Source: a virus
Virus record (IMG/VR): IMGVR_UViG_3300045431_000601
Coordinates: 42,371-106,370 of that record
Direction: 5' to 3' (one strand)
DNA length: 64,000 nt
The notes under the pieces were generated by a model, which saw only the letters and a list, made by a program, of their open reading frames with translations, was not told where the DNA came from and did no database searches. Positions 1-9,737 of the stretch are shown here, one piece after another. Every line of letters starts with the position of its first letter. Position 1 is the first letter of the stretch. Made by a program: the position numbers and the translations under genes.

Positions 1-1
1 T

Positions 2-568
2 TCAAAAGTCGGAAGAAGACATCAAGCATTAATCGCTTATGATTATGTTAAGCTTACAGGTGAAAAAGTATCTCAAAACTGGGCCGAACATCAAGCTATC
101 GGTCAAAAAATAGATAAATTAAAAAGAATTTCAGAAGAAATAAATTGCCCTATTGTTACCGCCATGCAATTAAACAGATCTGGAGAAAACTTTAATAGAA
201 ACGCCTCCACCGTTGTAGACGATAGTTCAGTTATCGCTTTGTCTGATAGGCTTCAATGGTTTGCTTCTTTTGTAGCAATCTTTAGAAGAAAAACCGTAGA
301 CGAATTAGCCCTTGATGGGCAGCAATTTGGTACGCATAAATTAATACCAACCAAAACAAGGTTCCAGGGAAAAGAAGCCGCCGGACATCAAGACTTAGTT
401 AGGAGGCTAGACGCATCTGGAAAAGAAGTTTGGGCTCAAAATTATCTTAATTATAATGTAAGAAATTTTAAGATAGAAGAACGAGGATCGTTACACACGG
501 TTGTTCAGAGGCAAAGAGAGCAATACGAATTAAACGATAGAAATGAAAATGACGGAGAAATTTTATGA
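2..568 (+). CDS. dnaB: Replicative DnaB-like helicase, C-terminal part (5' truncated by window)
   Basis: Frame is open from base 2: ALIAYDYVKL (Walker B-like), LKRISEEINCPIVTAMQLNR (QLNR motif), KTRF. The ORF-track start at 164 is internal. Confidence 0.9.
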   Translation, partial: SKVGRRHQALIAYDYVKLTGEKVSQNWAEHQAIGQKIDKLKRISEEINCPIVTAMQLNRSGENFNRNASTVVDDSSVIALSDRLQWFASFVAIFRRKTVDELALDGQQFGTHKLIPTKTRFQGKEAAGHQDLVRRLDASGKEVWAQNYLNYNVRNFKIEERGSLHTVVQRQREQYELNDRNENDGEIL

Positions 569-1224
569 ATGTGAAACTAATATCTTGTACACATCCAAAC
601 ATAGAAGGCGTTTCTAGAGCAGAAGATTTAGTCGCATATTGCGCAAGAGTGAGCAATCCTTCGAACCAAATGAATACCGAAACCGCTCCAAAGCTTTTAA
701 GCTTTTTAATTAAGCACAAGCATTGGTCTCCGTTAGAAATGGTCGATATGACTTTAGAAATAAAAACCAGCAGAGCTATTGCGGCGCAGATTTTGAGACA
801 TAAGTCATTTTCTTTTCAGGAGTTTAGCTTAAGATATAGCCTAGCTACAGAATACGAAGATATAGAATTAAGACTACAAGGAGACAAAAACAGGCAAGTT
901 GGAGAGAAATTGTTGCCTAAAAACAGTCCAGCTTATGATTCAATTACAAATTTAATAGCAGAGACAATGGCGCTAACAGATTACTGCTATCAAACAATGA
1001 TAGAAAATGGATTGGCGAAAGAAGTAGCAAGGATGGTCCTTCCGCTCAGTACGCAGACTACAATGTATATGAAAGGTAATTTAAGGTCTTGGATTCATTA
1101 TATAGAGCTTAGAACAGAACAAAATACTCAAAAAGAGCATAGGCTTATAGCTGAACAATGTAAAAAAATTTTTGTAAAAGAATTTCCAATTATTTCGAAG
1201 GCATTAGAATGGAACAAATCGTAA
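565..1224 (+). CDS. thyX: FAD-dependent thymidylate synthase
   Basis: HWSPLEM, QILRHKSFSFQEFSLRY (ThyX RHRxxSxxxxSxR-like motif), KEVARMVLP, TQKEHR. Confidence 0.95.
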   Translation: MNVKLISCTHPNIEGVSRAEDLVAYCARVSNPSNQMNTETAPKLLSFLIKHKHWSPLEMVDMTLEIKTSRAIAAQILRHKSFSFQEFSLRYSLATEYEDIELRLQGDKNRQVGEKLLPKNSPAYDSITNLIAETMALTDYCYQTMIENGLAKEVARMVLPLSTQTTMYMKGNLRSWIHYIELRTEQNTQKEHRLIAEQCKKIFVKEFPIISKALEWNKS

Positions 1225-2114
1225 ACAATATTCATCAAATATTAACTAACATTGGATATTCTTTAAAGGATTATGGTAGAGAATATAGAACAAGGCCTAT
1301 TTATAGGGATAGCGACAATGATACCGTCCTAAGGATTTACAAAGACACAGGGTTTTGGGTTGATTTTAAAGAGAATATTAGTGGAGATTTTGCGTCTTTA
1401 ATTAAAAAAAGCTTAAATCTTGAGAACATTCAACAGGCAGAAAATTTTTTAAAAAAATACGAATATTGTCCTCAGGCTAACGCTGTTAAGCAAATAAAAA
1501 TAAAAGAAAAAAGAGTTTTCGATAAAGAGCTGCTGTTAAAGCTAGAAAAAGATCAAGACTATTGGCTAAAAAGAAATGTATCAAAAGAAACCCTAGAAGA
1601 GTTTCAAGGCGGAATAGCTAAAGCAGGAAAAATGAAGAATAGATATGTATTCCCAATTTTTAATAGTAAAAAAGAAATTGTTGGGTTCTCTGGAAGAGAT
1701 ATTACAAATTTAAGCAAAATAAAATGGAAACACATTGGCGATAAATCGAATTGGTGTTACCCTTTATTTTTAAACATAAACGAACTTAAACAAAGCAGAG
1801 AAGTACATCTAATAGAAAGCATTGGGGACTGTTTGTCTTTGTGGGACGCGGGGATTAAAAACACAATAGTTATCTTTGGGCTGGAGGTGAGTACGGCTAT
1901 ATTAAATATATTGCTTAAAATAGATCCTAATATAATTTATATATCATTCAATAATGATCAAAGCAAGAATTTAGCAGGAAATATCGCGGCAGAAAAAGCT
2001 CGTAATAAATTGCTAAGGTATTTTGACTCCAGACAATTAAAAATTAAACTTCCTGATAAAAAAGATTTTGGCGAGATGTCTACAGAAGAAATATTAAAAT
2101 GGAAAAAAGTTTAA
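1209..2114 (+). CDS. DnaG-like DNA primase (Toprim) with degenerate zinc-binding domain
   Basis: RYVFPI...IVGFSGR, HLIESIGDCLSL, ISFNND, KKDFGE; next to helicase. Confidence 0.85.
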   Translation: MEQIVNNIHQILTNIGYSLKDYGREYRTRPIYRDSDNDTVLRIYKDTGFWVDFKENISGDFASLIKKSLNLENIQQAENFLKKYEYCPQANAVKQIKIKEKRVFDKELLLKLEKDQDYWLKRNVSKETLEEFQGGIAKAGKMKNRYVFPIFNSKKEIVGFSGRDITNLSKIKWKHIGDKSNWCYPLFLNINELKQSREVHLIESIGDCLSLWDAGIKNTIVIFGLEVSTAILNILLKIDPNIIYISFNNDQSKNLAGNIAAEKARNKLLRYFDSRQLKIKLPDKKDFGEMSTEEILKWKKV

Positions 2115-3040
2115 AAATTTTATCTGCATCAAGAATAAAAACCCTAGAGACTTGTTCTTGGGTCTATTGGAATAATTACCATACAAAAGTTCCGCAGGCC
2201 CAAAATGATGGAGCCCTAAGGGGCACAATTTGTCATACGGTTTTTGAATTGCTTTTAGATCCAAAACATAAAAAACATTATAATAAAATAATTAAAAAAA
2301 ATTCTATTGAAGGCAGTCCAGCGGTGACAAGACTAATTAAAAAACTTAAATTAAAGGTTGGACTTGATCCTTCGAATTTTGATATTTTAGACCAAATGAT
2401 TATGGTTGGATTAAAGCACGATTTCTTTGGGAAAGGAGGCAAGATCATTCAGCCAGAATATCCATTTGAAATTAAAAATGAAAACCCCAAGTATCATATT
2501 AAGGGCTTTATAGATAAGCCTATTAAAAAGAAAAAAGAAATGCATATAATCGACTATAAAAGCTCTAAGTATAAATTTAGGGGAGACGATCTCGAAGCAA
2601 ATATTCAGGCGATGATGTATAGCTTAGCTAGTTCAAAAATCTGGCCGAAATTAAAACCTATAGTTAAATTCCTATTTTTAAGATTTCCCAAACAACCAAT
2701 ACAAGAGCTTGTATTTACAGATGATCAATTAAAGGGGTTCGAACATTATTTAGAGCATATTAATGATTATATAAATAAATTCGATAAAGCTTCTGCCACC
2801 ACAAATTTTGCTGCAGATTCTGATAAAAATAAATGGATGTGTGGAATAGGCGGTTGGAAATGCCCATACAAAGACCCTTATTATTATTACGCCCAATTAA
2901 ACGCAGATGGCGAAATTGTTAGTACTAGCCTAATTGATGACTTCAAACCCTTAGAGGGGCATACGATAGAAAAAAGAAAGTACGCAGGATGTCCCAAGTG
3001 GAATAATACATCAAGCGATAAAGATGATTTTTTAGATTGA
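2099..3040 (+). CDS. PD-(D/E)XK RecB/Cas4-like exonuclease
   Basis: LSASRIKTLETC, GTICH, GFIDK, IIDYKS, QAMMY, C-terminal Cys cluster. Confidence 0.85.
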   Translation: MEKSLKILSASRIKTLETCSWVYWNNYHTKVPQAQNDGALRGTICHTVFELLLDPKHKKHYNKIIKKNSIEGSPAVTRLIKKLKLKVGLDPSNFDILDQMIMVGLKHDFFGKGGKIIQPEYPFEIKNENPKYHIKGFIDKPIKKKKEMHIIDYKSSKYKFRGDDLEANIQAMMYSLASSKIWPKLKPIVKFLFLRFPKQPIQELVFTDDQLKGFEHYLEHINDYINKFDKASATTNFAADSDKNKWMCGIGGWKCPYKDPYYYYAQLNADGEIVSTSLIDDFKPLEGHTIEKRKYAGCPKWNNTSSDKDDFLD

Positions 3041-3065
3041 CAAATATAAATATATTTAGTAAATA
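3037..3065 (+). promoter_or_regulatory. Putative sigma70-type promoter
   Basis: TTGACA-N17-TAAATA (imperfect -10); ATG at 3072. Confidence 0.55.
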
Positions 3066-3071
3066 TTATAT

Positions 3072-3827
3072 ATGGAAACTATACCGATATTTAAATCTCA
3101 CTATAGTATAGGTAGGTCTATTTTAACTTTAGATGACGAAAATAATGGTGAGAATTACCCAGATTCTATAATAGATATCATTAAGTCTAATAATTTAAAA
3201 GAACTTTATCTTGTCGAAGATAATATGTCGTCTTTTCTTGAAGCTTATACCAATACAAAAAAATACGACATAAAATTAAGGTATGGGTTAAGAATTACAG
3301 TTACAGATGATATTCTAAAAAAAGACGAAGAAACAAAAAATAAAGGTTCAAAATTTGTTATTTTTTTTAAAACCGAAGAGGGCTATAAAAAATTAGTAAA
3401 AATATTTAGTATAGCGTCTAAAGAAGGTTTTTATCATTATCCAAGAATAGACTTTAAACACTTAAAGAGTTTATGGAGCGAGAAAGATTTGCTTTTAGCC
3501 ATTCCATTTTATGATTCTTTTATATTTAATAATCTTTTAAAAGGGTTTTTATGCGCACCGCAAACAGACTTTACAAAGCCCACGCTTTTTATAGAAGATA
3601 ATAAACTTCCTTTTGATTCTTTAATCAAAAGAAAAGTCATAGAATACGCTAAAGAAAACGATTTAGAAACATTAAACGTAAAAAGCATTTATTATAAATC
3701 CAAAAAAGATTTTAAAGCTTATCTAACCTTTAGATGCATAAATATTAGGAGCACACTTAACAAGCCAGAGCTAGAACATATGTCTAGTTCTGAATTTTGT
3801 GTAGAAAGCTGGAAAGAAATTAAATAA
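3072..3827 (+). CDS. Stand-alone PHP domain of DNA polymerase III alpha (N-terminal part of split DnaE)
   Basis: KSHYSIGRS, GYKKLVKI, GFYHYPRID, SIYY and EFCVES match DnaE PHP landmarks; metal ligands appear substituted. Confidence 0.8.
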   Translation: METIPIFKSHYSIGRSILTLDDENNGENYPDSIIDIIKSNNLKELYLVEDNMSSFLEAYTNTKKYDIKLRYGLRITVTDDILKKDEETKNKGSKFVIFFKTEEGYKKLVKIFSIASKEGFYHYPRIDFKHLKSLWSEKDLLLAIPFYDSFIFNNLLKGFLCAPQTDFTKPTLFIEDNKLPFDSLIKRKVIEYAKENDLETLNVKSIYYKSKKDFKAYLTFRCINIRSTLNKPELEHMSSSEFCVESWKEIK

Positions 3828-3828
3828 T

Positions 3829-4467
3829 ATGGACGAACATCTCTTAAGATATGATAAGAATAAAAGGTATGTATTTATAGACTGTGAAACACTAAATCTA
3901 TGTTTGAGCTTCGCCCATAATCTACCATGGCAAATAGGGATGATTAAAACCAAAGGAGATAGAAAAGAAGACAGCAAAAATTTTTATATTAAATGGGACA
4001 CAGATCTTAAAATTAGTCAGGATGCCGCAAGAATAACTAGATATGACCCCAAAAGAATAGAGAAAATAGGATTAAAAATTGAAGAAGTATTTCCAACTGT
4101 AAAAGATTGGCTTGACCACGCAGACTATATTGTTGGACATAATATATTAGGATTTGACGTTTACTTAATTAAAGAGCTATACCAAGAAATGGGGTGTCAC
4201 TGGGATCATCTAATGAATAAAATTATTGACACAAATTGTATAGCAAGAGGGATAAAATACGGAATACATTTAAAAAAGAAAGATGATATTCTAGAATATC
4301 AATATAAAATATTGCACACAAGAAGGAAGGACGTAAAAAGCTCTTTGACTTATCTTGGCAAAGAATACGGGATAGAACATGATTATGAGAATTTACATGA
4401 CGCCCTAAATGATCTTGACTTAAATATAAAAGTATGGGATAAATTAAAGTGGCAAATAGAGATATAA
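3829..4467 (+). CDS. DnaQ/epsilon-like DEDDh 3'-5' exonuclease
   Basis: FIDCET, IVGHNILGFD, IIDT, HDALND. Confidence 0.9.
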   Translation: MDEHLLRYDKNKRYVFIDCETLNLCLSFAHNLPWQIGMIKTKGDRKEDSKNFYIKWDTDLKISQDAARITRYDPKRIEKIGLKIEEVFPTVKDWLDHADYIVGHNILGFDVYLIKELYQEMGCHWDHLMNKIIDTNCIARGIKYGIHLKKKDDILEYQYKILHTRRKDVKSSLTYLGKEYGIEHDYENLHDALNDLDLNIKVWDKLKWQIEI

Positions 4468-4471
4468 TTAC

Positions 4472-4690
4472 ATGGCATCGCTAGACGACATATACGATTT
4501 GGTTGATAAATTAGATAAGTCTAAGACAGAATATCTATTAGTTTCTATTCAGAAGGGGAAAAAGAATGGTAAGGCGGATGTTTTTTATAATTTAGAAGAT
4601 AATAATTCATTAAAAATTTTAGCTAAGGGCTTAGAGCTTTTAAACCAAAAAATAGAGCAAGACAAGAGAGATGGAAACTTCGATAAATAA
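4472..4690 (+). CDS. Hypothetical protein (72 aa)
   Basis: Tightly packed ORF between exonuclease and dnaE. Confidence 0.7.
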   Translation: MASLDDIYDLVDKLDKSKTEYLLVSIQKGKKNGKADVFYNLEDNNSLKILAKGLELLNQKIEQDKRDGNFDK

Positions 4691-7244
4691 TAAAACTTTT
4701 AGCGATAAATTTAAAGAGGTCTCTTTACCTTTTCACGGGGTAAGGCTTCCGGAATTTAAAATAGAAGATAGATATAAACACGAATTAGGAATTAGCGAAG
4801 ATTCAGACAATTATTCCTTCTTAAGGGCTTTGATACTCAAGGGCTTAAAACGATTAAAACTAGAAAGCGATTCATCTTTGCGCCAAGCCCATCTAAATAG
4901 AATAAAATATGAATTAGAAACTATTAAAGATTTAGGATTTATTGATTATATCTTATTGGTTTGGTATGTTATTAATTACTGCAAAGAAAATAATATTCCT
5001 GTCGGTCTTGGAAGAGGGTCAGCCGCAGGGTCTCTGATCCTATTCTTAATTGGAGTTACTCAAATAGATAGTTTAAAATATAACCTTTATTTTGAAAGAT
5101 TTATATCTAAAATTAGAGCTAAAAAGCAAGAAGTCGATGGCGTAATGTATCTTGATGGCTCTTTAATGTGCGACGTAGACCTAGATATTTGTTATTATAA
5201 TAGACATAAAGTATTGCAACATCTAGAAGAGAAATTTAAAGGAAAAACGAGTAAAATATTAACCTTAAATAGTCTTAGCGGAAGGCTTTTAATAAAAGAA
5301 TGCGGTAAAATAGTAGAAGAAAAAGAAGAAGAAGAAATGACTGCGGTATCTGGCATGATACCAAAAACATACGGACAGGTTAAAGATATTGAAGAGGCCT
5401 ATGATGAATCGCCAAAATTTAAAAAATGGGTAGACGAAAATAAGAGCATTTATAATGTAGCTCTTAAACTTAGAAATTTAATTAAAAATAAAGGAGTTCA
5501 TCCATCTGGAGTTTTACTATCTGCAGATCTATTAGAAGAATCTTGTCCTACAGAATTTTCTAGCGATAAAGAATCTGTTTCCTCATTTGACATGAATTGG
5601 GTAAGTTTATTTAATATTAAACTAGATATTCTTGGCTTAAGAAGCGTTTCTGTCGTTGACGATGTTTGCAAGCAGATTGGTATTAAAATAACCGATATAG
5701 ATCTTAATGACCCATCAATATACAGGTCTTTGCAAGACCTGAGAACTCCTCATGGATTATTCCAAATAGAAGCAGACACCAACTTCAGAGTTTGTAAACA
5801 AGTTAAGCCCAAGAATTTAGAAGAGCTTAGCGCGGTATTAGCTTTAGCCAGACCTGGAGCTCTAGATTTCGTATCTACTTACGCAAGATACACCAACACA
5901 GGACAATACGAAGCGATACATCCATTTTTTGACGACATTTTAAAACAAACGGGTGGCGTAGCTTTGTATCAAGAGCAGCTAATGCAAATGGCTAATAAGA
6001 TTGGATTTACTTTAGACGAAGCAGAAATTTTAAGAAGAATCGTGGGCAAAAAGAAGATTGAAGAAGTGAAAGAATGGAGATCTAAAATTAAAAATAAATG
6101 CAAAGAGAATAATGCGCCCAAAGAAGTAAGTGATATTTTATGGAAGATTCTCGAAGATTCCGCTAATTATTCATTTAATAAATCTCATTCAATCGCATAC
6201 GCTGCCTTAGCTGCGTGTACGATTTATTTAAAATTTAATTATCCAAAACAGTTTTTTCTTTCTTTATTAAAAATGACTAGACACGAACCCGATTCAATTG
6301 GAGAAATATCTAAGATTCAAAAGGAGATGATGGTTTTTAATATAAAATTGCTTCGCCCACATATTATAAAATCAGATATGGATTTTTCGATTGAAGGAGA
6401 AGATATTAGGTTTGGGCTTTTGTCTGTCAAAGGCATATCAGATAAATCTATAGAAAAATTGAATAGCTTTAGAAATAGATATTCAAATAAATTTGATATT
6501 TTTGAGGCCGCGGAACAGTCTGATTTAAATATAGGGGTTTTATCCTCTTTAATACAAGCAGGAGCTTTAACCGGATTTAAACAATCCAGATCGAAGATAG
6601 TACTAGAAGCTCAACTATGGAACATTTTAAATATAAAAGAAAAGAAATATTGCATTAATTTTGCAGAGAAATTTGATTATGATTTAATTAGAATTATTAA
6701 ACATTTAAATTCATTTACAGACGAGAAGAATACCGTTGTAATCAAAAGCTCTAGACTTGAAACAATAAAGAAAAAATATACTCCATATCTAAACATATAT
6801 AATCAAAACAGCAAAAGCGAGAGTTTCGCTAATTGGTATTACGAGAAGAGACTCTTGGGTTATACTTATGAAAAATCACTAAAACAAATCTTTGCAGAAA
6901 AAAGAGAGGATTTAATGTCTATTCAAGAGGTTGTAAATGCCCCAATTAATTCTAAAGTAGCTTTTGTGGGAGAAGTCATCGACGCTTTTTCTGGTACGGC
7001 TAATAACGAAAAAAAGACTAGATTTCTTCGCATAAAAATATCAGACGAAACTAATAGTATAAATACTTTACTTTTTAATGATAGAATTGATACAAATAAA
7101 AGCCTTAATAACAACAAGAAGTTCGAGGAGACAAATATTGTAATAGTTAAAGGGACAAAGAAAGAAGACGCAGTTTTTGCTGATCTGGTAGCTATTCAAG
7201 ATCAAAAGATATATATGAAGCTCAGCGAATTAAAAAAGTCTTGA
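4671..7244 (+). CDS. dnaE: DNA polymerase III alpha catalytic subunit lacking the PHP domain
   Basis: GRGSAAGS, FERF, CDVDLD, HPSGV, KLDILGL, YQEQLM, YSFNKSHS, IRFGL, C-terminal OB fold. Confidence 0.95.
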   Translation: METSINNKTFSDKFKEVSLPFHGVRLPEFKIEDRYKHELGISEDSDNYSFLRALILKGLKRLKLESDSSLRQAHLNRIKYELETIKDLGFIDYILLVWYVINYCKENNIPVGLGRGSAAGSLILFLIGVTQIDSLKYNLYFERFISKIRAKKQEVDGVMYLDGSLMCDVDLDICYYNRHKVLQHLEEKFKGKTSKILTLNSLSGRLLIKECGKIVEEKEEEEMTAVSGMIPKTYGQVKDIEEAYDESPKFKKWVDENKSIYNVALKLRNLIKNKGVHPSGVLLSADLLEESCPTEFSSDKESVSSFDMNWVSLFNIKLDILGLRSVSVVDDVCKQIGIKITDIDLNDPSIYRSLQDLRTPHGLFQIEADTNFRVCKQVKPKNLEELSAVLALARPGALDFVSTYARYTNTGQYEAIHPFFDDILKQTGGVALYQEQLMQMANKIGFTLDEAEILRRIVGKKKIEEVKEWRSKIKNKCKENNAPKEVSDILWKILEDSANYSFNKSHSIAYAALAACTIYLKFNYPKQFFLSLLKMTRHEPDSIGEISKIQKEMMVFNIKLLRPHIIKSDMDFSIEGEDIRFGLLSVKGISDKSIEKLNSFRNRYSNKFDIFEAAEQSDLNIGVLSSLIQAGALTGFKQSRSKIVLEAQLWNILNIKEKKYCINFAEKFDYDLIRIIKHLNSFTDEKNTVVIKSSRLETIKKKYTPYLNIYNQNSKSESFANWYYEKRLLGYTYEKSLKQIFAEKREDLMSIQEVVNAPINSKVAFVGEVIDAFSGTANNEKKTRFLRIKISDETNSINTLLFNDRIDTNKSLNNNKKFEETNIVIVKGTKKEDAVFADLVAIQDQKIYMKLSELKKS

Positions 7245-7269
7245 CTTTTTAGATTATATGTTATATTAT
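7241..7269 (+). promoter_or_regulatory. Putative sigma70-type promoter
   Basis: TTGACT-N17-TATTAT; ATG at 7276. Confidence 0.7.
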
Positions 7270-7275
7270 CATTAA

Positions 7276-7833
7276 ATGATATCTTTTTATAAGCCTAATA
7301 GCAAAAATACAGGCACAGCCTGTAGCTTCTCTGTAAATCCTAAAGATGGCTCTATATGGAGTTCTTTGATTAAGCAAAGCTCTTGGAATGAAGCCAAAAA
7401 AATAGGTTCTTTCTCAGAGAACCAGAATAATCCAAATAAAAGCGTTAAAATTAAATTTTCGCTTACTGAAGCCGCGGGTATACTAGACGCCTTAGAAAGG
7501 CAAGCAGAGTTTTCTGCTTATCATACTTCAGAGAAACAATCCACCCAGATTAAATTCTCTCCTTATGTTAAGGACGGCAAACACGTTGGATATTCTTATA
7601 TAGTAAATAAAACCGACAAACAAAATAGCGAAAACAAACAATCCTACTTGATAGGATTTTATTTTAATGAAGCCAGACTGATAAAAGAATTTATATCTTA
7701 TTCTTTAAATTCCGTATTTGAATCACAAAGAGTAGATACAATTAAAAAATTAAAAAATAAGCCGAAAGATCCGCGAGAAGAAGTTTCTGAACAAAAAAAT
7801 AGCGAGGACGATATAGACGGTGAATTGTGGTGA
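7276..7833 (+). CDS. Putative ssDNA-binding protein, Whirly/PC4-like
   Basis: SFYKP...A at N-terminus, KFSLTEAAGILDAL, acidic tail EDDIDGELW; directly after dnaE. Confidence 0.55.
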   Translation: MISFYKPNSKNTGTACSFSVNPKDGSIWSSLIKQSSWNEAKKIGSFSENQNNPNKSVKIKFSLTEAAGILDALERQAEFSAYHTSEKQSTQIKFSPYVKDGKHVGYSYIVNKTDKQNSENKQSYLIGFYFNEARLIKEFISYSLNSVFESQRVDTIKKLKNKPKDPREEVSEQKNSEDDIDGELW

Positions 7834-9737
7834 AGAAAAAGATTCTCTATCATTCAGATTTTTCTTTAAGCAAAACTGGCTTTGGAAAGACAGCAAGAAC
7901 AATATTAACTTATTTATATAACACTGGTAAATACGATATTGTTCACTATTCCTGCGGAGTTCCTAAAAATCACATCGAGCTCCAAAGAACCCCATGGAAA
8001 TCTGTCGGGACATTACCAGATGATTCACAAGTTTTAGAGAATTTACAGAAAGACCCCAACGCACTAAGAATGGCTAGTTATGGGTTTAATCATATAGATG
8101 AAATAATAAAAAATGAAAAACCAGATTTTTATATTGGGGTCCAAGATATATGGGGAGTAGATTATTCAATATCAAAGCCTTGGTTTAAAAAAATTAATTC
8201 TGTTATTTGGACCACTCTAGACTCCTTGCCTATTTTAGATTCTGCTATAAAATATGCTCCAAAAATTAAAAACTATTGGATCTGGAGCGATTTTGCTACA
8301 AAAGCCCTTAATGATATGGGACATAAACATGTTAAAACTATGCATGGCCCCGTAGACGTTTCAAATTTTTTTAGATTGTCAGATAAAAAAAGATCTGATT
8401 TAAGAGAAAGGTTTAATATCAATAAAAATAAATTTATAATTGGATTTGTATTTAGAAATCAATTAAGAAAAAGCGCTCCAAACCTAATTGAAGGATATGC
8501 TATATGGAAAAATAAAAATAATATAAAAAATAGCGCTCTACTTTTGCACACCCACTTTGGAGAGGGATGGAACATAATGAAACTGGCAAAAGAGTACAAT
8601 ATAGATAGTAAAGAAATATATACGACATATATTTGTAAAAAATGTAAAAATTATGAAGTAAAACCTTTCGAAGGAGAAGGTTTAGATTGTCCGTTTTGTA
8701 ATGAAAAGAAAAGTCAATTCACAACAAGCGTAAATCTTGGGGTATCTGAAAATCATTTAAACGAAATATACAATCTCATGGACGTGTACTGTCATCCTTT
8801 TACAAGCGGTGGGCAAGAAATTCCAATACAAGAAGCCAAGCTTACAGAATTAATTACTTTAGTTACAAACTATTCATGTGGAGAAGCCATGTGCGCACCA
8901 GAAGCATGCTCATTAACTTTAGATTGGTCAGAATACAGAGAACACGGAACAGAGTTTATTAAAGCTTCTACTAATCCGCAATCTATTGCACAACAATTAA
9001 AAGTTGTGTACGAAATGGATCTAAATAAGAAAAACGAAATGGGTGCAAAAGCGAGAGAGTGGACAATTAAAAATTATTCAGTTAAATCTATAGGAGAGAA
9101 AATAGAGTCATTTTTAGAATCAAATCCTAGAGTAGATTATAAGTTTGATTTTGAAGAAGAAAAGAAAGATCCATTTACTATCATTCCAGATATTGCAGAT
9201 GATAAAGAATGGTTAAAATATTTATACGCAAAGATCTTAAAAAGACCAGAAGTAGACGAAGACGATGATGGCCATAAATATTGGATAGAACAAATCTCAA
9301 AAGGAGTCAAGAGAGAAGCAATAGAAAAGTATTTTAGAGACGTTGCTTTTAAGGAAAACGAGTCTTTAGGCAAAAAATTTGAAGATTTACTTTTTGAACA
9401 TGACAAAGGAAAAAGAATATTATACGTAATGCCAGAAGACGCAAATAACGTTTTCCTGTCCAGTTCGATATTTGAATCAATTAAAAATACTTACACTGAT
9501 CATACTCTATATGTTGCAACCAAGAAAGAGTATACTTCTATACTAGACGGAAATCCATTCGTAGATAAAGTTTTACCATATATACCTCAAATGGATTCTT
9601 TACCTTGGCTAGAAGGAGCAGGTCATCATGAGGGCTATTTTGAGATAGCTTTTGTCCCGCATTTAAATTTAATTAATCAAAAAGATTTTATTCACAACGG
9701 CAAAACAAAAATAGAATATAATATATGCACATTATAG
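7827..9737 (+). CDS. GT-B (GT4-like) glycosyltransferase with Zn ribbon, DUF4214-like domain and GT9 N-terminal-like domain
   Basis: TGFGK, FRNQLRK, CKKC...CPFC, YNLMDVYCHPFTSGGQEIPIQEA, LYAKILKR...GHKYW, ILDGNPFVDKV. Confidence 0.85.
   Translation: MVKKKILYHSDFSLSKTGFGKTARTILTYLYNTGKYDIVHYSCGVPKNHIELQRTPWKSVGTLPDDSQVLENLQKDPNALRMASYGFNHIDEIIKNEKPDFYIGVQDIWGVDYSISKPWFKKINSVIWTTLDSLPILDSAIKYAPKIKNYWIWSDFATKALNDMGHKHVKTMHGPVDVSNFFRLSDKKRSDLRERFNINKNKFIIGFVFRNQLRKSAPNLIEGYAIWKNKNNIKNSALLLHTHFGEGWNIMKLAKEYNIDSKEIYTTYICKKCKNYEVKPFEGEGLDCPFCNEKKSQFTTSVNLGVSENHLNEIYNLMDVYCHPFTSGGQEIPIQEAKLTELITLVTNYSCGEAMCAPEACSLTLDWSEYREHGTEFIKASTNPQSIAQQLKVVYEMDLNKKNEMGAKAREWTIKNYSVKSIGEKIESFLESNPRVDYKFDFEEEKKDPFTIIPDIADDKEWLKYLYAKILKRPEVDEDDDGHKYWIEQISKGVKREAIEKYFRDVAFKENESLGKKFEDLLFEHDKGKRILYVMPEDANNVFLSSSIFESIKNTYTDHTLYVATKKEYTSILDGNPFVDKVLPYIPQMDSLPWLEGAGHHEGYFEIAFVPHLNLINQKDFIHNGKTKIEYNICTL

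Noticed and set aside
3072-7244. Split intein or intron joining PHP and DnaE
   Set aside because: No intein terminal motifs, and the intervening DNA is fully occupied by intact ORFs.
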